Made by a program: the position numbers and the translations under genes. From assembly GCF_006345805.1 (NCBI RefSeq), contig NW_021832163.1, positions 1 to 31,874 on the forward strand: 31,874 bases of DNA, written 5' to 3'. Numbering within the stretch: position 1 is the stretch's first letter; every line of letters starts with the position of its first letter. This stretch comes from Octopus sinensis (lineage: Eukaryota). A model generated the notes under the pieces. That model did no database searches. It worked only from the letters and a program-made list of their open reading frames with translations, and was not told the origin of the DNA. Below are positions 11,446 to 22,409 of the stretch, one piece after another.

Positions 11446-11503
11446 TATTGGTTAGCCTCCTGCTTCAAGAGTATGGGTATGGATGCACACACACACATGC
11501 GCG

Positions 11504-11670
11504 TACATACATACATACATACATACATACATACATACATACATACATACATACATACATACAGAGAGACAGACAAACAGACGGATAGACAGACAGACAC
11601 ACACACACACAGACTCACACATTCAGAAATGTTTGTTTGTGCATGAGTATATATGTTTCCGCATATACGT

Positions 11671-11745
<75 letters not shown>

Positions 11746-11790
11746 CCTACCTACCTTCCTACCTACCTACCTACCCACCTATCTATCCAA
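11504..11790. repeat. (TACA)n, (GACA)n, (TCTA)n and (CCTA)n microsatellites
   Basis: Direct reading. Confidence 0.95.
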
Positions 11791-12284
11791 TGAGCGAAGT
11801 ATATAACAGACGCATTTATAGATCTAAGGCCGTCTGTCTGCTAATGTCTGAGAACATAGAGAAAGCTATCCATGGCCGTGTTTTCCCAGTGTTGAGAAAT
11901 CCACGTATAAAAAGAGAGAAAATTTGACAACAATTATCTATATCTCAGCTTCTGTGATGGCACCAAAGTAACAACCATTTAATTATTGCTCATCTCTAAC
12001 AATTCGACATTTATATATCCATAATCTTCTTTTATAGCAAGCATATGTCACCGGTTGCTGACATAATGCTAGAAACTTCTGAAATACCAGCATTTAATTA
12101 CGTTTTTTTTTTATTTACTTCTCAAAAGATGTAGTTTTAGTGTCCAACGAGAGCGTTAGATAAATACGCACCGGACATTTGCTGTGTTCATTCTGAATGA
12201 CATGTGACCTTGTGTGAGTAAATTTTTGTAGAAGAGAGTAACGAATTCGTTGGAATTTTTGTGATCATTGTTATTATATGTATT

Positions 12285-12465
12285 CTTGTTTTAGCTCCAG
12301 ACCAGCCCTAATCAAGCAGACCTATGATTAAAGGAATTTACGCCACGACTATCCTTCCATACTGTATCTCTTCGTACATTATGCGACATGTATTTGTTTA
12401 AAAATAATATGACGTATGATTTGAGGAAAAATTGTGTGTTATTTCTTACAGGTTGAATTGCAAAA
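12285..12465 (-). mobile_element. Dispersed repeat family F copy (single internal unit plus tail)
   Basis: Reverse complement GGATAGTCGTGGCGTAAATTCCTTTAATCATAGGTCTGCTTGATTAGGGCTG aligns with 18932-18984. Confidence 0.7.
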
Positions 12466-12800
12466 TAGAAACTTAGGTGGCTTTATGTTCTTTTTCTGTT
12501 TTGCTTTTCTTGTTTCATTCGTTCCAATCCCTTATCTCTTTCATGAAAATACGAATTTCACATTATCCTAACTTTCGCTACCTACATTGTCCTATCCAAA
12601 TTTTTAAACGTGACCTTATGAATTTCATTTAACTATCCAGGCCGAGTCAACACAGAAACCAACCTGTATTTTTACTTGACCCCGCGAACTCCCAATCATT
12701 ATTAGTTGTTTGCTTCTGGATCCCCTTCGACGTCCTGAGACCCGCATCCTTTGTGCTCCCCTTCATACTTCTCCGATCATGTTGAAGACTTATTACAGTC

Positions 12801-13035
12801 ATACCTATTTCTTTACTACCCACAAGGGGCTAAACACAGAGAGGACAAACAAGGACAGGCAAACGGATTAAGTCGATTATATCGACCCCAGTGCGTAACT
12901 GGTACTTATTTAATCGACCCCGAAAGGATGAAAGGCAAAGTCGACCTCGGCGGAATTTGAACTCAGAACGTAGCGACGGGCGAAATACCGCTAAACATTT
13001 CGCCCGGCGTGCTAACGTTTCTGCCAGCTCGCCGC
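12801..13035 (-). mobile_element. tRNA-derived SINE family A, full length with 15-bp TSD
   Basis: Near-identical to 5999-6235; TSD TAT(T/A)ACAGTCATACC at 12791-12805 and 13036-13050. Confidence 0.95.
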
Positions 13036-14026
13036 TATAACAGTCATACCGGCGTTGGGTGAAGACTGCAATATACTTTTCGAAAGGAACCCTCTGCATA
13101 AAATTCGAAGGCGTCCCTTGTTAACCCACGTGACGGACTATGCAGTGTGATTACTCTTTCGAACGTTTGGTTATTCTTTCGAATACATCGATCCCCTTCC
13201 ACACCCTTAGTTATTCTTTCGAACCGTAGGTTATTTTAAGAGTAATGACGGTTGCTTCTAGTACGGATTTATAGAAGTGCCTGAGAACTCTACCGCGAGA
13301 CTCTCTCTGGAATAGTGGGAGAAGAAAATGGGTGGATGCTTGTGGTATTCTCGGGTATGAAACAATCTCAGTTCTAGATTGAAACTATTTTATTGCCTGA
13401 CATTTTTGACCCCCCACCCCCCCAAAAAAACGGAAGCTAAAACGCATGGAATTCTTAATATCCCATTTACTATCTTTTAAGTTTACAGTGCTTTTGGACT
13501 TTGGAGGCAAATTATTATTTGACTGATAATGGTAATTTTATGATGGTACTTACAGTAAAAATGCATTTTGTAATATGTTCAACAAATAAACATCAAACTT
13601 TATCTCCAAGAATTTATATAAATCTAAAACTACTTAAACAAAATTCAAAGAAGAATGTTAACTTCATTCGCTCTCGCAAACTTTTCCATAGCCAAATGTA
13701 TTCTTATGAAATGCTTTTAACCAAATTCTTTGTAACTGACGAAAGCCTGAAGACGAAATAAAAACAACAACAGCAACAATAACAATACATAAATAAAAAA
13801 AAAACGATACAACGAATAAAAGCAATTATAAAATACATTAAAAAAAAAAAGAAAATTAGGAAATATGAAATGAAATGGAAATAAGGAATTGTTTCAAGAT
13901 TTCTTGAAATATTTCTGATGTTAGACGAAGGGGAAAATATGATAAAAAAGCAAAAACACCAAAGAACAAAAGAAAACAAAAGAATTATCGATGAAACTCT
14001 AAAAACTAAAAGCAAGTAAACAAGCA

Positions 14027-14082
<56 letters not shown>

Positions 14083-14397
14083 TAATAATATAACAAATAA
14101 TAAAAAACTCTTCAAGTGAATTAGAAACATTGAAATATTGTGTGATAAAGAGCAACAGTTGGTTGATTGACAAGATATGACAAACGTAGAATAGGAACAG
14201 CAACAAGAGGAAGAGCGAAGATCAGGAAGGGGAGGAAGAAGAGCGAGGGGAAGAGGGGCAAACAGAGGAAGAAAAACCAAGGAGGGGAAGAGGGAGAGTG
14301 GACAATGGCAATAATATCGACAATATTACTTGAAGTGGTATCAACAAAAACAAAAACAATATTAACCACGCTATCTTCGGAACATCAACGATAACAA

Positions 14398-14428
<31 letters not shown>

Positions 14429-14564
14429 AACAACAACAAAAGAGTAATACTGATGCTAACATCTTTAGTAATATATGTAATAAAAAACAATAACAACAAT
14501 GTCAAGGATAATAACAACAATAAGCACACAAATATATTCAATGAAATCATGTCCGATAATGACA

Positions 14565-14605
<41 letters not shown>
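14027..14605. repeat. (TAA)n, purine-rich and (CAA)n low-complexity tracts
   Basis: Direct reading. Confidence 0.9.
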
Positions 14606-14606
<1 letters not shown>

Positions 14607-14688
14607 GAGCAACAGCTAAAATAATGTTTTTAGTAAAGTAGCAACATGTGCCCGAACAATATTAACGACAACAACAATATCAGCTAAA

Positions 14689-14957
14689 CTGGTACTCCGT
14701 CGGTTACGACGGCGAGGGTTCCAGTTGAGCAAGAAACTTTATTTCACGTTGCTCCAGCTGGCAAAAATGAGTAGTGCGTATACTTCAAAGGGCCGGCCTT
14801 GTTACATTATGTATCACGCTGAGTATTCTTCAGAGCTATATTACGGGTACGTCTGTCTATGGAGCATTCAGCCACTTAAACGTTAATTTCATGAACAGAC
14901 TGTCACGTTGATCGGATCAACTGGAACCCCTCAGCGTCGTAACTGTCGAAGTGCTGG
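14689..14957 (+). mobile_element. Headless SINE family D preceded by an inverted copy of its own 3' end
   Basis: 14729-14957 is the family D body and tail; 14689-14728 is the reverse complement of 14917-14957. Confidence 0.8.
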
Positions 14958-15019
14958 AATAGACCAACTAGTGAGCTTTTACAGCAGTCAATGAAGCACT
15001 ATATTAAATGAACCTACGA

Positions 15020-15090
15020 GGTGGAGGTCACAGGACCAATCAGCATACTAGAAATCACAGCCAAATCTCTTACCAATCGCACACAGTTAA
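15020..15090 (+). mobile_element. Dispersed repeat family F 5' fragment
   Basis: CTAGAAATCACAGCCAAATCTCTTACCAATC matches array unit CTAGAAATAGCAGTCAAATCTCTTTCAAATC. Confidence 0.65.
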
Positions 15091-15148
15091 CCAGCTATCA
15101 TTCGCGAGTAACCATATTTGGTAACATGTATTATGCTTTCAATAATAT

Positions 15149-15553
15149 AAGGCGGTGAGCTGGCAGAAACGTTAGCACGCCGGGCGAAATGCGTAGCCGT
15201 ATTTCGTCTGCCGTTACGTTCTGAGTTCAAATTCCGCCGAGGTCGACTTTGCCTTTTATCTTTTCGGGGTCGATTAAATAAGTACCAATTACGCACTGGG
15301 GTCGATATAATCGACTTAATCCGTTTGTCTGTCCTTGTTTGTCTTCTCTGTGTTTAGCCCCTTGTGGGTAGTAAAGGAATAGGTTATTTCGTCTGTTTTT
15401 ACGCTCTGAGTTCAAATTCCGCCGAGGTCGACTTTGCTTTTTATCCTTTCGGGGTTGGTAAATTAAGTACCAGTTGCGTACTGGGGTCGATCTAATCGAC
15501 TGGCCCTCCTCCCCCAAATTTCAGGCTTTGTGCATTGAGTAGAAAAGAATAAT
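15149..15553 (+). mobile_element. Chimeric or dimeric SINE: full family A copy fused to a headless related SINE with a different tail
   Basis: 15149-15385 is family A; the sequence then resumes at internal TATTTCGTCTG and ends with a distinct tail TGGCCCTCCTCCCCCAAATTTCAGGC...AGAAAAGAAT. Confidence 0.88.
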
Positions 15554-15669
15554 TGTTTTAGATGCCTGTTTTGTCGCGAACAGATGTCGGCACAAGCTCA
15601 GGACCCACACTGTTAGTTGGAAAAGGAGCGGGCTGTACCAGCATCTCTTTGGTTGACGTTACAGTTGAA

Positions 15670-15795
15670 AAGGCTAAAACCATATGAAATTAACTGCCTT
15701 GCTCAAGGACACAGAGCACAGTCCAGTCTCAGATTGAACACGCGTGCTTGTTTTCAAGAAGTAGCTTCCTAACCACCAAACCACACGTCTTCATA
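15670..15795 (-). mobile_element. Degenerate SINE 5' part
   Basis: TGAAATTAACTGCCTTGCTCAAGGACAC and CCTAACCACCAAACCACACG match the minus-strand SINEs at 1020-1125 and 4955-5060. Confidence 0.6.
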
Positions 15796-15962
15796 TCTCA
15801 CACACAACTATCTTGCAAAGAGGTCAGGGATCAATGAATAATAATTGAAAAGTGCAAGCTATAGAGTGTCTGAAATTAAATTAATAGGAAGGGCACAAAT
15901 GAGACGAGTTTGATCATTAGTCTGTTCAATAAAGGATAGTAGAGGCGAACACAACAACGAAA

Positions 15963-18904
15963 ACACGATTACCTAGAAACAGCGGTAAAATCTTATTCAA
16001 ATCACCCCATGTCTTAAAGGAAGGACACTTTCGATATTGCAGCTTTGGGTACACACGATTACCTAGAAATAGCAGTCAAATCTCTTTCAAATCACCCCAT
16101 ATCTTGAAAGAAGGACACTTTCGATATTGCAGCTTAGGTTACACACGATTACCTAGAAATAGCAGTCAAATCTCTTTGAAATCACCCCATATCTTAAAGG
16201 AAAGACACTTTCGATATTGCAGTTTCGGGTACACACGATGACCAAGAAATAGCAGTCAAATCTCTTTCAAATCACCCCATATCTTGAAGGAAGGACACTT
16301 TCGATATTCTAGGTTTGAGTACACACGATTACCTAGAAATAGCAGCCAAATCTCTTTCAAATATCTTGAAGGAAGGACACCTTCGATATTCCAGCTTTGG
16401 GTACACACGATTGCCTTTTTCAAATCACCCCATGTTTTAAAGGAAGGACATTTTCGATATTGCAGCTTAGGGTACACACGATTACCTAGAAATAGCAGTT
16501 AAATCTCTTTCAAATCACCACATGTCTTAAAGGACGGACACTTTCGATATTGCAGCTTTGGGTACACACGATTACCTAGAAATAGCAGTCAAATCCCTTT
16601 CAAATCACCCTATATCTTGAAAGAAGAACACTTTCGATATTACAGCTAAGGGTACAGACGATTACCTAGAAATAGCAGTTAAATATCTTTCAAATAACCC
16701 CACATCTTGAAAGAAGGACACTTTCGATACTCCACCTTTGGGTACACACGATTACCTAGAAGTAGCAGTCAAATCTCTTTCAAATCACCCCATGTCTTAA
16801 AGGAAGGACACTTTCGATATTGCAGCTTTGGGTACGCACGATTACGTAGAAATAGCAGTCAAATCTCTTTCAAATCAGTCCATGTCTTAAAGGAAGAACA
16901 CTTTCCATATTGCAGCTTAGGGTACACACGATTTCTTAGAAATAGCAGACAAATCTCCATCAAATCACCCCATGTTTTAAAGGAAGGACACTTTCGATAT
17001 TGCAGCTTAGGTTACACACGATTACCTAGAAATAGCAGTCAAATCTCTTTGAAATCACCCCATGTCTTAAAGGAAGGACACTTTCGATAATGCAGCTTTG
17101 GGTACACACGATTACCTAGAAATAGCAGCCAAATCTCTTTGAAATCACCCCATATCTTGAAGGAAGAACACTTTCGATATTGCAGCTTAGGTTACACACG
17201 ATTACCTAGAAATAGCAGTCAAATCTTTTTCAAATCACCCCATGTCTTAAAGGAAGGACATTTTCGATATTGCAGCTTAGGGTACACACGATTACCTAGA
17301 AATAGCAGTTAAATCTCTTTCAAATCACCACATGTCTTAAAGGAAGGACGCTTTCGATATTGCAGCTTAGGGTACAGACGATTACCTAGAAATAGCAGTC
17401 AAATCTTTTTCGAAAAACCCCATATCTTGAAAGAAGGACACTTTCGATATTCAAGCTCAGGGTACACACGATTACATAGAATTAGCAGTCAAATATCTTT
17501 CAAATCACACCACGTCTTGAAGGAAGTACACGTTTGATATTCCAGTTTAGGGTACACACGATTACATAGAATTAGCAGTCAAATCTCTTTCAAATCACCC
17601 CATGTCTTAAAGAAAGGACACTTTCGATATGGCAGCTTTGGGTACACACGATTACCTAGAAGTATCAGTCAAATCTCTTTGAAATCACCACATGTCTTAA
17701 AGGAAGGACACTTTCGATATTGCAGTTTTGGGTACACACGATTACCTAGAAATAGCAGTCAAATCCCTTTCAAATCACCCCATATCTTGAAAGAAGAACA
17801 CTTTCGATATTACAGCTAAGGGTACAGACGATTACCTAGAAATAGCAGTTAAATATCTTTCAAATAACCCCACATCTTGAAGGAAGGACACTTTCGATAC
17901 TCCACCTTTTGGTACACACGATTACCTAGAAATAACAGTCAAATCTCCTTCAAATCACCCCATGTTTTAAAGGAAGGACACTTTCGATATTGCAGCTTAG
18001 GGTACACACGATTACCTAGAAATAGCAGTCAGATCTCTTTCAAATCACCCCATGTCTTAAAGGAAGGACACTTTCGATAATGCAGCTTTGGGTACACACG
18101 ATTACCTAGAAGTAGCAGTCAAATCTCTTTCATATCACAGCATGTCTTAAAGGAAGGACACTTTCGATATTGCAGCTTAGGGTACACACGATTACCTAGA
18201 AATAGCAGTCAAATATCTTTCAAATCACACCACGTCTTAAAGGAAGTACACGTTTGATATTCCAGTTTAGGGTACACACGATTACCTAGAAATAGCAGTC
18301 AAATCTCTTTCAAATCACCCCATGTCTTAAAGTTAGGACACGTTCGATATTCCAGCTTAGGGTACACACGATTACCTAGAAATAGCAGTCAAATCTTTTT
18401 CAAATCACCCCATATCTTAAATTTAGGACACGTTCGATATTCCAGCTTAGGGTACACACGATTACCTAGAAATAGCAGTCAGATCTCTTTCAAATCACCC
18501 CATGTCTTAAAGTTAGGACACGTTCGATATTCCAGCTTAGGGTACACACGATTACCCAGAAATAGCTGTCAGATCTCTTTCAAATCACCCCATGTCTTAA
18601 AGTTAGGACACGTTCGATATTCCAGCTTAGGGTACACACGATTACCTAGAAATAGCAGTCAGATCTCTTTCAAATCACCACATGTCTTAAAGAAGGACAC
18701 TTTCGATATTCAAGCTCAGGGTACACACGATTACCTAGAAATAGCAGTCAGATCTCTTTCAAATCACCCCATGTCTTAAAGTTAGGACACGTTCGATATT
18801 CCAGCTTAGGGTACACACGATTACCTAGAAATAGCAGTCAGATCTCTTTCAAATCACCCCATGTCTTAAAGTTAGGACACGTTCGATATTGCAGCTTAGG
18901 GTAC
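15963..18904. repeat. 90-bp tandem repeat array, 33 units
   Basis: Consensus ACACGATTACCTAGAAATAGCAGTCAAATCTCTTTCAAATCACCCCATGTCTTAAAGGAAGGACACTTTCGATATTGCAGCTTAGGGTAC; exact 90-bp period except units of 82, 71 and 89 bp starting at 16323, 16405 and 18636. Confidence 0.98.
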
Positions 18905-18927
18905 ACAAACACACAACACACACACAA

Positions 18928-18992
18928 AACTGGATAGTCATGGTTGGAATATCTTAAATCATAGGCCTTCTTGATTAGGACTGAATTAGAGG
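18928..18992 (+). mobile_element. Family F tail directly downstream of the array
   Basis: Aligns to the reverse complement of 12295-12354 and, more weakly, to 30390-30455. Confidence 0.7.
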
Positions 18993-18994
18993 GT

Positions 18995-19760
18995 CGTCTT
19001 GTTACTGATGTTACTGTTGACGTTTTTGTTGCCTCTGTTAGTTCAGCAGCTACAGCTGTTGATGTTGATCGGTCTATAGCCATTGTTGGGTTTTAAGTGC
19101 TTCCGCTGTTCATTTGTCGTTGTTGTTCTTACTTCGGTCATAATATTAGCAGCAATGTCGAATTTGCTGATTCCTTTTGCGGTGGGGCTGAAGGCCCGTA
19201 GGTGATTGAGGCTTTTACTTGTGTGGTATCTAGGTCGTCTGCATTCCAGTATAACGTGCAGTTCGGCTCCTTTTTAGAGACATGATAGGTCCTGAATCTT
19301 ACACTAGTTTTCTCTAGTTGTATCTGGACGAGGACTCTACACCTATCTCTGACCCAGTTATCGAGCTGTTTTATACATCAAGTAATGTTACTCTCTTTAG
19401 AAGAACGCATGTAGTCACCCCCAGATATTCAGTTTTGGCTGCGCAAGCAACATATTCAACTTCAACAATCGCTGGCCACTGTTTGCATATGATCTTTCAA
19501 GACTAATCTTATATGTACTTTTCATATTGCCCATCTCATGTAACGAAGTCGTTGCCACTCTATTTTACACTCAAGCCCTTTCTAGTTTTCAAATCAAATT
19601 GACAAAAACCGATAAATAACTGTCCTTTACTGGATGTAGTGGAGTACTGCTGATGTAGTTCTGTCGTTTCTCTGGGCAATCTTTTTGACTTCCTGCATCT
19701 TTGTTTGTTTCCCATCTGGAGTGAACATCTTAAATTTTTACAAATTTTTGAATATGCTGT
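18995..19760 (-). pseudogene. Decayed ORF1 (gag-like) of an L1/Tx1-type non-LTR retrotransposon
   Basis: Minus-strand frame gives LHVILECRRPRYHTSKSLNHLRAFSP, where Y-x2-S-x4-H-x4-S (19184-19228) is a CCHC knuckle with each Cys codon one substitution away (TAC, AGT, AGC); a Thr/Ala-rich tract follows; many stops and frameshifts. Confidence 0.6.
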
Positions 19761-20104
19761 AGCGATTATTTTTACCACTGCTGCTGCTGTTGTCTTCTTC
19801 TTCTTCTTTTTCTTCTTCTTCTTCTTGTCAGGACTCACGCCATTAGCCACAAAGAATAATCTCTAATTCGAGCCTACTCTAACCTACTAAGAATGCGTGT
19901 GGCAACTTGAAGATCCACCCACCACACGCGATAGACTGGCGGTTGCACTGGCGCGAAAGCTACGTTATTATCCTCATTCCGTAAACGGTGGCTTTTAACG
20001 GGTGGAGAGCTGAACCATCCTGGGATACGAAGATTCGCAGTCTAGACTAGGGTCTGAAAGTTTACCACACCATTGTGGGTTACACCATGGTTTCTCTGCT
20101 TTGT

Positions 20105-20292
20105 GGCAGAAGTAGGAAGAGAGAGTGAGAGAAACTTGTGGTGAAAGAGTACAGTGGGGTTCACCCCACCGGAGCCTCATGGAGCTTAGGTGTTTTTGCT
20201 CAATAAACACTCATAATGCCCGGTCTGGGAATCGAAACTGCGTTCTTACGACCGCGAGTCCGCTGCCCTAACCACTGGGCCATTGCGCCTCC
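20105..20292 (-). mobile_element. tRNA-derived SINE family E, 5' half
   Basis: Reverse complement TGGAGGCGCAATGGCCCAGTGGTTAGGGCAGCGGACTC...TTCGATTCCCAGACCGGGC matches 22748-22930. Confidence 0.85.
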
Positions 20293-20299
20293 AGTGTTG

Positions 20300-20700
20300 C
20301 TGTTGTTGTTGTTGTTAAGCAACATGACGGGTAAGGGTGATTAGGTGACGGTCTAGGGTTTAGTGTCGATGGACCCCAGACCGTGCAGAAAAAAAAAACT
20401 TTGGTCGTCTTGTTGTAGTCGAGGACTCTTAGTTGACGTCCGATACCATTGGGAGGTGGCCTTCGAAGTCGCTGGAAATGGAAATCTCCAGGTCTAAATT
20501 CTTGAACGGCTGCTGTTGCTGTTGTTGACGTCGGTGGTTCAGTCATCCTCCGTGATTAAGGCTTCAGTAGTGGTTGTTACGATGGCGGTGAAAGAAGCAG
20601 AAAAGAGAGATTGTTTTCGGTTGTGGAGGAAGTGTTGCAGATCGACAGAATAATGAGAAAAAAGGTTTAAGTTGTCGTTCTTGCACTGGAAGAAATACTT
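20300..20700 (-). mobile_element. Possible 5' UTR and ORF1 start of the LINE at 18995-19760
   Basis: Same strand and upstream of the ORF1 remnant; pyrimidine-rich leader, then ATG at 20546 (MTEPPTSTTATAA, S/T-rich). Positional inference only. Confidence 0.3.
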
Positions 20701-21282
20701 GAAACCTGTTATTGTTTTCCTTTACATTTTCGTCATCGTTGCCGTCGTCGGAGTCGTCGCTATTGCTATGGCGCATGTTGTTTATATGGTGTATGTTGCC
20801 GCTGCTGCTGTTGTTGTTGTTGCTGCTGCTGTTGTTGTTGTTGTTGCTGGTGCTACTTCTGCTGTTGTTGTTGTCACTGTTGCTCTCTCTCTCCCTCTCT
20901 CTCGAGACTAGCACACCCGGAAAAAATATTTTATATTAAAAACATCGAAATGGGAATTTAATGTTGCTTTTAGTTTATGATAAATGTCTTTGATGATGCT
21001 GTTGTTACTTTGTTTTCTTTGTGCTGCCACCTGGGATGCTGTAGTCGTTAGGGTTGGAGATGCTGCTGTTGTTGTGCATAATCCTGTTGTAAAATTTCTT
21101 TAAAAATATTCGGTTAAAATCGTGACCTTCGCCTATTACTCGATATTAATACCCCGCAGGGGAATTCCCATCAAGCAAATGGGTGAAATCCATAATGAAA
21201 TTAAGACACATTAATGAATAGCTATAAATAGTAACAACAGTAAAAAAATAACAAAATACTAACAGAAAAATAGAATAATTAG

Positions 21283-21505
21283 CCCATTTTAACCCAGGAC
21301 AACCCTGTCCAAATTTTGAAGATGGCTATATAAATAGGGATAACAAACATACGGAAGCGTCCAGTTAACCTTTATTGCAATAAATAAACCAAATACAATT
21401 GTTAAATAAATACAACAAGCACTATTTTTGCATCCAGTTAACCTTTATCGCAGTAAACAAACCAAATACAACTGTCCTCAAACAAGGACTGTGGGTTAAA
21501 ATGGT
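21283..21505. mobile_element. piggyBac-type MITE
   Basis: TIR CCATTTTAACCCA (21284-21296) / TGGGTTAAAATGG (21492-21504); flanks TTAG (21279-21282) and TTAA (21506-21509); CCC start typical of piggyBac; internal direct duplication of about 44 bp. Confidence 0.7.
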
Positions 21506-21699
21506 TTAAAAGCATCTCTCCCTCTAGGGATAGTATCTGCTTCGAGTAACACTTGGAGATGTTGGTTAGGGTACGGCCTAAGGGTGAAAACTATGTCCTC
21601 AAACCTTTGAGAAACGTCGATTATCCAACTTCCTAATACATGGTCACTAGGCAGAGGAAGATTGCTTGCTGTGTAAGGAAGGTGGTAAGTCGATATTCG

Positions 21700-22300
21700 C
21701 TTTAGATTTTGCTGATTGCCGGGTCCATCTTATATGTAAGTGCACCTGTTTGTCATGAAATCAAAATCAACAATGGACAGACATTGATTGACATAACGCT
21801 AGGAACTTTCGTACCTTCCTCTGATTTTGGATAGGTTCGATTACAGGAGGATCTAATAAGGCGAGGCCAAGAGGAGAATGTTTCCCCATCAATGACACAA
21901 TGAATTTCAACCAAAAAATAATTTTAAAAACCCATTCAGATTCCTTGTGGATGGCCAGAATCGTTACCAGACGATTATATAATCCACTAATTATATATTA
22001 GAATCCAAGTGCTGACGACACTGTTCAGCAGTTAAAGTGCAATGAGCGCTTGAAAATAGTCCAGATAATTATCCTCACGTTTCAACCGAGGTTTACTACA
22101 GAATAGGAGTGTATTCAACGAGAAATAGAAAGCCATGTTGCACGAAGCGGGGATAACAGCTGTTCAATCCGGAATCTCTGTAGATGTGTCATCTTAGTGC
22201 TTGCCTGTGCAACATTATCGACGTCCAACCAAGATACCTTTGAATCGGTGCGTTCGCAGCAGGTGAATAACTTAACTGGTGGAACCTGCTTCTCTTTCAA
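21700..22300 (+). pseudogene. Possible very old LINE RT remnant (CR1/L2/Jockey-like)
   Basis: Fragments VRLQEDL and ACATLSTSNQDTFESV occur in the order of the LQxDL and YxxxxWS...LESVQ motifs; weak. Confidence 0.25.
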
Positions 22301-22343
22301 GAAAGGAAAGCGTATACATTCAATCTGGTCAAACGTTTGCTGG

Positions 22344-22346
<3 letters not shown>

Positions 22347-22400
<54 letters not shown>

Positions 22401-22405
22401 AGAGA
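22347..22405. repeat. (GA)n microsatellite
   Basis: Direct reading. Confidence 0.97.
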
Positions 22406-22409
22406 AATG

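Noticed and set aside
16256-18080. ORFs within the 90-bp array as real CDS
   Set aside because: Sporadic stops and frameshifting deletions; the unit derives from a dispersed repeat.
15963-18904. CRISPR array
   Set aside because: Whole units repeat with no unique spacers; no cas genes; eukaryotic context.
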